Shown here: in pieces, positions 40,451 through 49,004 of the stretch
Position numbering within the stretch: the first letter of the stretch is position 1
Layout of the letters: every line of letters starts with the position of its first letter
NCBI GenBank assembly: GCA_012729225.1
Contig: JAAYDO010000177.1
Span: 32,535-96,534, forward strand
From: Bacteroidales bacterium
GTDB lineage: Bacteria > Bacteroidota > Bacteroidia > Bacteroidales > Bacteroidaceae
Direction: 5' to 3'
DNA length: 64,000 nucleotides
The notes under the pieces: generated by a model
Told to the model about the DNA's origin: nothing
The model's input: the letters and a program-made list of their open reading frames with translations, nothing else
The model's database searches: none
Translations under genes and position numbers: made by a program

Positions 40451-40510
40451 AGTTACTATTATTATTGTTGTTGAATTCTTTCTGTGACCTCACAATTGGG
40501 GTCATGCCTT

Positions 40511-41551
40511 TTATTTGTCAATACCTTCAATGGTCTGGATGGTGCCATCGGCATTGAAGTGAAGCTCACACACCTTGAGACTTCTCAACCAAGACTTGCC
40601 ACCAGATGGCACAGAGTCGTGGTGGAAGAGATACCACTTGCCTTTCCATTCAATGATGGCATGGTGAGTGGTCCAGCCTACCACAGGAGTGAGGATGTCG
40701 CCCTTGTAGGTGAATGGACCATAGATGTTGTCACCCACTGCATAGCAGAGGAGGTGGCTGTCGCCTGTTGAGTATGTGAAGTAGTACTTGCCATCCTTTT
40801 TGAAAGTCCAACTTGCCTCGAAGAAGCGGTGAGGGTCATCTGCCTTGAGAGGATTGCCTTCTTCGTCCACCACAAGGATAGGACGTGGGGCTTCAGCAAA
40901 TTCGAGCATGTTGTCTGCCATGCGAACGCAACGGGCAGGAAGAGAATCCTGCTTGCCCTCTGGAAGGTATGGAGTCTCAAGATGGATATTATCCTGATAG
41001 CGCTGGAGCTGACCACCCCAGAGTCCACCAAAATAAACATAATGCTGACCATCAGATGGCTCATGATAAGCACACATGTCAATGCTATAAGAACCAGGGA
41101 TTGGTGCTGGCTGTGGAATGAATGGACCTTCTGGTCTGTCGGCAATTGCCACACCCCAGTGGAACACGTCGTTGCGATCCTTCATGGGGAAATACATGAA
41201 GTACTTCTTCACCTTCTTGCTGTAGCCCATACCTTGAGCCTGCTCTTCAGCATTGGTAGGCACTTCCACCTCTTTCTCAGCAACATCACAGTCCCAAAGC
41301 TGACGGCCGTGCCAAGGAATATCCTCCTGTCGGAGCACACATCCGTGGTCAATCACCTCGCCTGTCATAGGGTCACCCTCGATGGAGAGCACGTGATAGT
41401 CCTTCATGACATACTGATCGCCGTTGTCGTTTTCCACATTTTCACATTCCCAGTCGTGAGATGGGTAGATATAGATCTTGCCGTTAAAGACATGAACTGA
41501 AGGATCTGCCATGTAGTCGGCAGGGAACAAATAACGTTTTTCTGTAGCCAT
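40511..41551 (-). CDS. GH43 beta-xylosidase/alpha-L-arabinofuranosidase
   Basis: ADPSVHVFNGKIYIYPSHD catalytic Asp block and a five-bladed propeller pattern. No signal peptide, so probably cytoplasmic. Confidence 0.85.
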   Translation of the reverse strand: MATEKRYLFPADYMADPSVHVFNGKIYIYPSHDWECENVENDNGDQYVMKDYHVLSIEGDPMTGEVIDHGCVLRQEDIPWHGRQLWDCDVAEKEVEVPTNAEEQAQGMGYSKKVKKYFMYFPMKDRNDVFHWGVAIADRPEGPFIPQPAPIPGSYSIDMCAYHEPSDGQHYVYFGGLWGGQLQRYQDNIHLETPYLPEGKQDSLPARCVRMADNMLEFAEAPRPILVVDEEGNPLKADDPHRFFEASWTFKKDGKYYFTYSTGDSHLLCYAVGDNIYGPFTYKGDILTPVVGWTTHHAIIEWKGKWYLFHHDSVPSGGKSWLRSLKVCELHFNADGTIQTIEGIDK

Positions 41552-41582
41552 AGTTATTTTCGATTTTGATGATTAAATTCTT

Positions 41583-42746
41583 TTATTTCTTGCCTTTTTT
41601 GACCAAGTCTATCAACTTTTGGATGGTTGGTTTAGGCTTGCTGTTGCGGTCAAAGAGTGTGGCATATTCTGTACGACCCTTGATGGGCCAGTCATTACGC
41701 CAAGAGTTAGCGTCGTTAAAGCACCAGAAGGTGAGACGAAGCACATTCTCATGATTGCGCATGAGCATCTTGTAGAAATCAATCCAAAACTGATCTACCT
41801 TCTTCTGCACATTGGCAGGAAGCCCGTTCTTGTAGGGGTCAGACGCCTCGCTATACTCGAAGTTGTTGGTGATGTTAGCACCTGACATCTTGTAGGGATT
41901 GGGCAAAACCGAGAGATCAAGTTCTGTGAACTGGGCTGGAATACCCAGTGTGGCAATCTCCTTGATAGACTTTTCGTAGAGGTTCACATAGTCGGCATCA
42001 TCCAAAATGAGATGTCCCTGCATGCCAATCGCATCTACACGCAAACCTTTTGCCATGAGTGGGCGGAAGAAGTTCACCACCGCCTTTACCTTCTCAGGCT
42101 TATACATGGAGTAGTCATTGTAGTAGAGTTCGATGGTGGGGTCAGCCTCACGGGCATACTGGAAAGCCAATGGGATGAAGTCCTCGCCCAAAATCTCGTA
42201 GAACTTGGAGCGTCGCAAACTGCCATCATCGTTGAAAGCCTCGTTTACCACATCCCAAGCCTCAATCTTGCCACGGAAATGTCCAAGAATCGTGAAGATA
42301 TGATCACGCATGCGCTCCTTGAGCACTTCTGCCGACACTTGTTTGCCGTTTTCGTCCACAAAGAACCAGGGCGAACACTGTTCGTGCCAAATGAGGCAGT
42401 GACCCACAATGTGCTGACCGTTGGCACGTGCTTTCTCCACGAGTTGATCTGCCAGCGTGAAGTCATACACACCTTCCTGAGGGTGAATCACCTCGCTTTT
42501 CATACAGTTTTCAGGCACTACCCAGCCAAAGTGCTGAGCAATGAGCGCATAATCTGATGTCTGGTCAAGTTTGTGAGCACCAGAATAACTAACACCATCT
42601 TTTTGTGCTTTCTCCGCCTTCACTTCCCATTGATTGACACTAATGCCTGTGCGCCAGTAGTCACGGTAGGACTGCTGAAGTGATTGAGCATTTGCAGTAG
42701 CCAAGCCAAGAGCAGCAAAGGCGAAGAGAGTGAGAGTTTTCTTCAT
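41583..42746 (-). CDS. GH10 endo-1,4-beta-xylanase
   Basis: Signal peptide MKKTLTLFAFAALGLATANAQ from the ATG at 42746. GH10 catalytic blocks WDVVNEAF and FTELDLSV. An alternative ATG at 42824 overlaps the symporter stop (TAATG). Confidence 0.85.
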   Translation of the reverse strand: MKKTLTLFAFAALGLATANAQSLQQSYRDYWRTGISVNQWEVKAEKAQKDGVSYSGAHKLDQTSDYALIAQHFGWVVPENCMKSEVIHPQEGVYDFTLADQLVEKARANGQHIVGHCLIWHEQCSPWFFVDENGKQVSAEVLKERMRDHIFTILGHFRGKIEAWDVVNEAFNDDGSLRRSKFYEILGEDFIPLAFQYAREADPTIELYYNDYSMYKPEKVKAVVNFFRPLMAKGLRVDAIGMQGHLILDDADYVNLYEKSIKEIATLGIPAQFTELDLSVLPNPYKMSGANITNNFEYSEASDPYKNGLPANVQKKVDQFWIDFYKMLMRNHENVLRLTFWCFNDANSWRNDWPIKGRTEYATLFDRNSKPKPTIQKLIDLVKKGKK

Positions 42747-42823
42747 TTGAAATTCAAATAGTTTTCTAAACTTGTAATATGAAGTTTTACGTTGGAATCT
42801 AAACTTTTTCGTTGAAATCGCCA

Positions 42824-44263
42824 TTATTCTTTTGAACGAGCCTCAATTTCCTTATTAATCTGGTCTATCTTCTCGTCAGAGAGTTCATACTTAGAGATAA
42901 TGAACATGGCCAACACAAGGAGGACAGCAGGAATCACGCACATGAGCCAGAGGATACCCTGCCACTGCATAGATGAAACCTCAAGAGTGGCGCGTTCTGC
43001 CATGAAGTAAGCACCTGCGGCATTACCAACAGACATCATGGCAAAGGCTGTCACAAAGAAGAAGGCGATGACACGGAGTGGACGATTGTGAACAAATTCC
43101 ATCCAGAGGTCGCTGACCTTCACATTGGCAGTCTCCTTTGCATCCATCACCACACGCTCCTTACACTGACTGAAGCAGAAGAAGAGAAGCACAAGACCTA
43201 CGATGCCAAAAATAACCATTGTCATGAACCAAGCATGTGGGTCTGTTGTACCGCTCTGACCTGCACCCTCTGCTGGCTTATAGCTGGTAAGCCAAAGCAC
43301 GATACCAGGAACGAATCCACCAAGAGCCATACCTGCCTTGAAGAAGATACCCGTAAGGGCGTTCACGATACCAGAGATGCGCTTGCCTGTTGTGTATTCT
43401 GAGAAAGAGATAACCTCAGGAACAAGTGCCCACATGTAACCTGTTGCCACAATCACACCTGTGGACTTGATAAACTGGCAGATGTTGATGACAGTGTCGT
43501 TGTTTCTAAGTTCTGTCATACCAACTGCATAGAGCATGCCCATACCTACGATAGCGACAGTCAAGAAGATATAGAACATGTTCTTCTTTCCCACCTTCTT
43601 CTTGATGGCAGGGACTAAAGGCATGAAGATAAATGAAGGAAGAGAGCCAAGACCCATGAAGATGGCTGTAGAAAGTGATGATTTCCAATCTTCCTCGCTT
43701 GCGCTGGTCATGTAGCAAACAAGGAGTGGGATACCTGCGCTGACGAGCAAACCGCCCACATTAGCCATGAACATACGGACAGAGGTGAGGATGGTTATTT
43801 CATCTGTGTCACGAGTGAGCGAAGAGTTCAAAGCACCATAAGGAACATTGATGAGCGTGTAGAGCATGCTCATGCCCACATAAGTCACGTAAGCGTAGAT
43901 GAGTTTCACTGTATTGCTTTCTCCTGCAAGCCCGTTCCAGAAACAAAGGATTGCAAGACCCACGAGAGGCACACCTGCAAATATCAGATAAGAGCGGTAC
44001 TTGCCAAGTTTCGGATTGTGCTTATCGACAAATGCTCCAACAATGGGGTCCCAAATCACATCAATGATACGAACCACAAGGAACATGATACTTGCCGCAC
44101 CTGCATCCAGACCGAACACATTGGTGTAGAAGAAAAGCAGCCAAATGCTGATTGTCTGATAAATCAGGTTCTGAGCCAAGTCGCCAGAACCGAAACCAAT
44201 TCGCTGAAGCCAGCTGAGTTTGTAGAAGCCTTTGGCTTCCTGAGCTAAATTTTCTGTTGCCAT
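42824..44263 (-). CDS. Glycoside-pentoside-hexuronide (GPH) family xyloside:cation symporter
   Basis: GFGSGDLAQNLIYQTISIWLLFFYTNVFGL and RIIDVIWDPIVGAFVDK motifs. About 12 TM helices. Confidence 0.85.
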   Translation of the reverse strand: MATENLAQEAKGFYKLSWLQRIGFGSGDLAQNLIYQTISIWLLFFYTNVFGLDAGAASIMFLVVRIIDVIWDPIVGAFVDKHNPKLGKYRSYLIFAGVPLVGLAILCFWNGLAGESNTVKLIYAYVTYVGMSMLYTLINVPYGALNSSLTRDTDEITILTSVRMFMANVGGLLVSAGIPLLVCYMTSASEEDWKSSLSTAIFMGLGSLPSFIFMPLVPAIKKKVGKKNMFYIFLTVAIVGMGMLYAVGMTELRNNDTVINICQFIKSTGVIVATGYMWALVPEVISFSEYTTGKRISGIVNALTGIFFKAGMALGGFVPGIVLWLTSYKPAEGAGQSGTTDPHAWFMTMVIFGIVGLVLLFFCFSQCKERVVMDAKETANVKVSDLWMEFVHNRPLRVIAFFFVTAFAMMSVGNAAGAYFMAERATLEVSSMQWQGILWLMCVIPAVLLVLAMFIISKYELSDEKIDQINKEIEARSKE

Positions 44264-44325
44264 TTTGATTTATTAGGTTTTAAGTTTGAATTAGCACATG
44301 AAAAGATTGCGGTCTTTTTCGGTTG

Positions 44326-44333
44326 CAAAGATA
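44326..44333 (-). promoter_or_regulatory. Candidate -7 box (TATCTTTG on the minus strand) for the symporter-GH10-GH43-xylB operon
   Basis: TAnnTTTG match 62 nt upstream of the ATG at 44263. Confidence 0.45.
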
Positions 44334-44351
44334 ACACTTTTACATTATATA

Positions 44352-44371
44352 TTGTTACTGATTTGTAACAA
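44352..44371. promoter_or_regulatory. Candidate operator: inverted repeat TTGTTAC-N6-GTAACAA next to the xylan operon promoter
   Basis: Perfect 7-bp arms, 19 nt upstream of the -7 box. Further TGTAAC/GTAACA copies at 44416-44421 and 44476-44483. Confidence 0.4.
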
Positions 44372-44533
44372 ACACTTTCAGTATTGTTTCTTTTTATATA
44401 AATAATTGCAACATTTGTAACCTCGGAAAGCAAAAACAGCCCATTTCATCGAAAAACTTACATTCACCTACTTTTCGTAACAAAGAAGAAAAGAGGTGGC
44501 CTGTTTCTAAAACACCCCTATTTTCCAAAAAGC

Positions 44534-44568
44534 GTATCGAAGGATTACCGAAGGCATATCGAAGGCTC
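44534..44568 (-). repeat. Family B dispersed repeat, copy 3
   Basis: Reverse complement reads GAGCCTTCGATATGCCTTCGGTAATCCTTCGATAC. Confidence 0.65.
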
Positions 44569-44601
44569 GCAAAAACTGGGGAGATTCTTTTTCTTCCTTG
44601 C

Positions 44602-45837
44602 TTATTTGAGTTGCACCTTGAGCGGATTTCTCACACGACGAACAGACCGAGAAAGGAACGCTTCCCAGTCGGCGAGGGAATGAAAGGATGTGAGCGGACT
44701 CTTGTTCCACCCCGAACCAAAGTAGTAGGTGAGAGCAGAAGAGGGGCGAACGGAGCTTTTTGCCAGCAGATGCCCGATGGCCATGCCGTTCTCGCGCTCC
44801 TGAAACACCATCTCTATCTCATTGGAAGGAAAGAGCAGTCCCACATAGATTTTGCCCATCTGACGGGATAATCCCTCTCTATACCGCTCGGGATATACGC
44901 TCGCATCTCCCAAATCCTCATAGCCCAAGTAGCCATGGTCGGGCGAAAGCACATAGGCAGCGGGATTGTTCTTGTGAACAACGACTCCTGCTGCCATGTG
45001 GGATGTTGCTCCCAACCCCTGGTAAGAAACAGTGACACGATTGAAATGACTGCCAGCATCAAGAGAGATGGTGCGTGTCTCCACCACCCTCTCGCCCTGA
45101 TATGTTTGAGCGGGATAGGTGAGGCGAATGGTGAAACGCAAAGGGCCTTCATCCAAAATCTCGAACGACTCATAACACTGAGGCATGAAGAGCGAACCGT
45201 CCTCCTGCACCAAGGCATTGGCTCCTCCTCCCAAGGTAGGTCCTACCGTATAGCAATCCATACCTTTTCCGTGATCCACATGATAGGAATAAGCAAGATA
45301 CACCTGCTCAGCCAAATCACCAAGCCCCTTCTCACGCAACTGCTGGCATACGGATCTCATCTCCTGATTCTGCTCTGAAGCATACCAGTGATTAAGCATG
45401 AGATCAGATGTGCTTTTGTTGAAAACATCATAGCCCACAGCAGCCCCATGCCCATAAATGCGGTAAGCCACTCTGTCGTTTTCCCAGCCAATCTCATCTT
45501 GACGCTCCGTGAAAAGACGACCATACACTCTGTCTTCTTTCACACAACACACACCTATCTTAGCATAATAGACCGACCTCCCTTTATCACCCACACCTGC
45601 CTGAAACAGAAACTTGCCATCGTATGTGCGCTGTTGCTGAACCTCATTGCCATTTGCATCTGTAATCATAAAACTTTCTCTTCCGCCCAGACGCTTGACT
45701 ATCTCTTGAAAAGGAATCTCCACAACCTCAAGACGACTGGTCGTGAGAGGATTGGAGATGATTATCTTCACTTGGTCTGCCGCATCTGAATAGAAGGAAC
45801 AAAGAAATGAGAGGATAAAAAAATAGGTTGTTTTCAT
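44602..45837 (-). CDS. DUF4861-like secreted protein (glycan/uronate cluster-associated)
   Basis: Signal peptide. The N-terminal pattern (KIIISNPLTTSRLEVVEIPF ... ITDANGNEVQQQRTYDGKFLF) is remembered as DUF4861. A TACCTTTG -7 box at 45862-45869 lies 24 nt upstream. Confidence 0.6.
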   Translation of the reverse strand: MKTTYFFILSFLCSFYSDAADQVKIIISNPLTTSRLEVVEIPFQEIVKRLGGRESFMITDANGNEVQQQRTYDGKFLFQAGVGDKGRSVYYAKIGVCCVKEDRVYGRLFTERQDEIGWENDRVAYRIYGHGAAVGYDVFNKSTSDLMLNHWYASEQNQEMRSVCQQLREKGLGDLAEQVYLAYSYHVDHGKGMDCYTVGPTLGGGANALVQEDGSLFMPQCYESFEILDEGPLRFTIRLTYPAQTYQGERVVETRTISLDAGSHFNRVTVSYQGLGATSHMAAGVVVHKNNPAAYVLSPDHGYLGYEDLGDASVYPERYREGLSRQMGKIYVGLLFPSNEIEMVFQERENGMAIGHLLAKSSVRPSSALTYYFGSGWNKSPLTSFHSLADWEAFLSRSVRRVRNPLKVQLK

Positions 45838-45954
45838 TGTCAGTTCGATATTTTGAGACTACAAAGGTAAAGATTATCCACCGATTGACAAAGAAAAGAA
45901 CTATTTTTAGAAAAAAATCACACATTATATATATAGGACTAAAGATTTTTTACT

Positions 45955-45962
45955 TACCTTTG
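45955..45962 (+). promoter_or_regulatory. Candidate -7 box (TACCTTTG) for topA
   Basis: TAnnTTTG match 75 nt upstream of the ATG at 46038. Confidence 0.4.
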
Positions 45963-46037
45963 TACCCGATTTTCCCTAAAGGAAGATTGCAATGTGTCCG
46001 CAAGGAACAATACACCGCAAGAATAAAATAACTATAT

Positions 46038-48392
46038 ATGCAGAAAAACTTAGTGATTGTCGAGTCTCCCGCTAAGGCAAAAACGCTGGAGAAATTTCTT
46101 GGCAAAGATTTCAAGGTCATGTCCTCCTACGGGCATATACGCGACCTGAAGAAGAAGGAGATGAGCGTGAATCTGGATGATTTCTCTCCCGAATACGAGA
46201 TTCCTTCCGACAAGGAGGCTGTAGTGAAAGAGTTGAAGAAGGAAGCCAAAGCAGCACAGACCGTGTGGCTCGCATCCGATGAAGACCGCGAGGGAGAAGC
46301 CATCTCTTGGCACTTGAGCCAGGTGTTGGGACTAGACCCCAAGGCGGCAAAACGAATCGTTTTTCACGAAATAACCAAGAGTGCCATTCTGAAGGCAATC
46401 GAAACTCCTCGCACCATCGACATGGGGCTTGTGAATGCCCAGCAGGCTCGTCGTGTGCTCGACCGTATTGTAGGTTTCAAGATTTCTCCTGTGCTCTGGA
46501 AGAAACTGAAGCCAAGCCTCTCGGCTGGTCGTGTGCAGAGTGTGGCTGTAAGACTGATTGTGGAGCGCGAGAAGGAAATAGAGAACTTCAAGAGTGAGTC
46601 TTCTTTCCGCGTGAGTGCCATCTTCATGGCTGGAGAACAAACAATCAAGGCTTCTCTTTCACATGGCTTCAAGACAGAAGAGGAAGCAGAGGATTTCCTC
46701 AGTGCATGTGCAGGAAAGGATTTCATTATCACCGACATCGAGAAGAAGCCTGTGAAGAAATCGCCCGCTCCTCCATTCACCACCTCTACCCTCCAGCAGG
46801 AAGCAGCCAGAAAACTCGGTTTCACGGTGAGTCAGACCATGATGGTTGCTCAGCACCTGTATGAGTCAGGACACATCACCTACATGCGAACCGACTCTGT
46901 GAACCTTTCTTCTCTTTGTCTTAACACAACAAAGGAAGAAATCATCCATCTGCATGGAGAAAAATATTCCAAACCACGCCAGTTCCACACCAACTCCAAG
47001 GGTGCGCAGGAAGCCCATGAGGCCATCCGACCCACCTTTATCTCAGAGCATGAGATTACTGGCAACTCTCAGGAGAAGCGTCTCTACGACCTGATATGGA
47101 AGCGTACTATCGCCTGTCAGATGGCAGAGGCAGAGGCAGAAAAGACAACTGTCACCATCAAAGTGGCAGACGAAAAATCGCAAGCAGCAGAGGCGGCATT
47201 TGTGGCAACAGGCGAGGTCATCACTTTCGACGGTTTCTTGCGTGTGTACCGTGAGTCATACGATGATGACAATCAGCAAGAAGACAATGAAGGGCTTCTT
47301 CCTGCTGTAAAGAAAGGAGAAAAACTGCTGATGAACGAGATGATTGCTACCCAGCGTTTCACTCAGCACCCTCTGCGCTACACAGAGGCAAGCCTCGTGA
47401 AAAAGATGGAAGAACTGGGCATTGGACGCCCATCAACCTATGCACCAACCATCTCCACCATACAGCAACGAGAGTATGTGGAGAAAGGTGACAAGAAGGG
47501 AGAGGAGAAAAGTTACAATGTGCTGAAACTCTCTAATGGCAAAATCAAGAAATCGACCAAGAAGGAGGTGATGGGTAAAGAAAAGGGGAAACTCCTCCCA
47601 ACAGACATTGGCACTGTGGTGAACAACTTCCTCATGCGCTCTTTCCCTGAAATTATCGACTACAACTTCACAGCAAATGTGGAGAAGGACTTTGATGAAA
47701 TCGCCGATGGAAAGGAGAACTGGAAGGAGATGATGGGAAGTTTCTACGCCAAACTCTCTCCTATGGTGGAGGCTACCCTGCAAGAAAAGAGTGAACACAA
47801 GGTGGGCGAACGCTATCTGGGTGATGAGCCAGCAACAGGAAAGCCTGTGAGCGTGAAGATTGGGCGTTTTGGACCCATGGTACAGATTGGCATTGCGAGC
47901 GAAACAGAGAAGCCCCGCTTTGCACAACTGAACAAGGGACAGAGCATCACCACTCTTACACTCGAAGAGGCTCTCGACCTCTTCAAACTTCCACGCACGC
48001 TGGGTGACTACGAAGGAGAAAAAGTGACTGTGGGAACTGGACGTTTCGGTCCTTACATCCTGCACCACAAGAAATATGTGTCCATCCCAAAGGATGCAGA
48101 TCCTATGGAAATTGATCTCGACGGAGCTATCAAACTGATAGAGGAACAGAGAAAGAGTGAAGCAGCCGCACACCTCAAGACCTTTGAAGAGGAAGCCGAA
48201 TTGGAGGTCATGAACGGACGCTTTGGTCCTTACCTGAAATATAAAGGAAAGAACTACAAACTCCCCAAGAGCGTGAAAGAGCCTACAGATCTCACCTATG
48301 AGGAGTGTATGGCTATCATTGAGAAGGCTGACAAAAGCCCTGCCGAAGGAAAAACCACTGCACGTCGTGGCAGAAAGAGTGCCAAGGCATGA
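46038..48392 (+). CDS. topA: DNA topoisomerase I
   Basis: Toprim N-terminus LVIVESPAKAKTLEKFLG and DEDREGEAISWH. Active-site region ITYMRTDS. C-terminal repeats (GRFGPY three times). Confidence 0.95.
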   Translation: MQKNLVIVESPAKAKTLEKFLGKDFKVMSSYGHIRDLKKKEMSVNLDDFSPEYEIPSDKEAVVKELKKEAKAAQTVWLASDEDREGEAISWHLSQVLGLDPKAAKRIVFHEITKSAILKAIETPRTIDMGLVNAQQARRVLDRIVGFKISPVLWKKLKPSLSAGRVQSVAVRLIVEREKEIENFKSESSFRVSAIFMAGEQTIKASLSHGFKTEEEAEDFLSACAGKDFIITDIEKKPVKKSPAPPFTTSTLQQEAARKLGFTVSQTMMVAQHLYESGHITYMRTDSVNLSSLCLNTTKEEIIHLHGEKYSKPRQFHTNSKGAQEAHEAIRPTFISEHEITGNSQEKRLYDLIWKRTIACQMAEAEAEKTTVTIKVADEKSQAAEAAFVATGEVITFDGFLRVYRESYDDDNQQEDNEGLLPAVKKGEKLLMNEMIATQRFTQHPLRYTEASLVKKMEELGIGRPSTYAPTISTIQQREYVEKGDKKGEEKSYNVLKLSNGKIKKSTKKEVMGKEKGKLLPTDIGTVVNNFLMRSFPEIIDYNFTANVEKDFDEIADGKENWKEMMGSFYAKLSPMVEATLQEKSEHKVGERYLGDEPATGKPVSVKIGRFGPMVQIGIASETEKPRFAQLNKGQSITTLTLEEALDLFKLPRTLGDYEGEKVTVGTGRFGPYILHHKKYVSIPKDADPMEIDLDGAIKLIEEQRKSEAAAHLKTFEEEAELEVMNGRFGPYLKYKGKNYKLPKSVKEPTDLTYEECMAIIEKADKSPAEGKTTARRGRKSAKA

Positions 48393-48482
48393 GGCTGAGA
48401 AGCAGAAGTAGCAAAGAGAGCAACATGCACATGAGTGCAAGAAGCTAAAAGCACATTACATACGTCATAAAGCAATACAAGC

Positions 48483-49004
48483 ATGACAAGAATTATCCTG
48501 ATAGGCTACATGGGGGCTGGCAAGACCACGATAGGCAAGGTTCTGGCCAGAGAAATGGGCATGGATTTTTACGACCTCGACAACTACATCGAGGGGCGTT
48601 TTCACCAGAAGATTCCCGAGGTCTTTGCTGAGAAAGGCGAAGAGGGATTCAGAGAGGTGGAACGCAAGATGCTGCACGAAGTAGCAGAGTTTGAAAACAT
48701 CATCCTCTCATGCGGAGGCGGCACACCTTGTTTCTTCGACAACATGGACTATATGAACCTGCAAGGAGAGACCGTCTTTCTCGACGCTCCTCCACGTGTG
48801 TTGAAGGAACACCTGCAGATGGGCAAGACCGTGCGTCCACTCATTCAGGGAAAGACAGAAGAAGAGTTGATTGCCTTTATCGAGCAGTCGTTGCAGATGC
48901 GCCTTCCTTTCTATCAGAAGGCCCGCCACACACTGAAGATAGAGACAATACACACAAAGGAACAAATTAAAAATTATGTAGATCAAATCATTGACCTGAT
49001 ATGA
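48483..49004 (+). CDS. aroK: Shikimate kinase
   Basis: P-loop GYMGAGKTTIGK and LSCGGGTPCF block. 173 aa. Confidence 0.9.
   Translation: MTRIILIGYMGAGKTTIGKVLAREMGMDFYDLDNYIEGRFHQKIPEVFAEKGEEGFREVERKMLHEVAEFENIILSCGGGTPCFFDNMDYMNLQGETVFLDAPPRVLKEHLQMGKTVRPLIQGKTEEELIAFIEQSLQMRLPFYQKARHTLKIETIHTKEQIKNYVDQIIDLI

Noticed and set aside
42747-42824. 26-residue N-terminal extension of the GH10 xylanase starting at the ATG at 42824, overlapping the symporter stop
   Set aside because: A canonical signal peptide begins at the Met at 42746. The extension is highly basic with no homology signal. The longer start remains possible (TAATG coupling) but is less likely.
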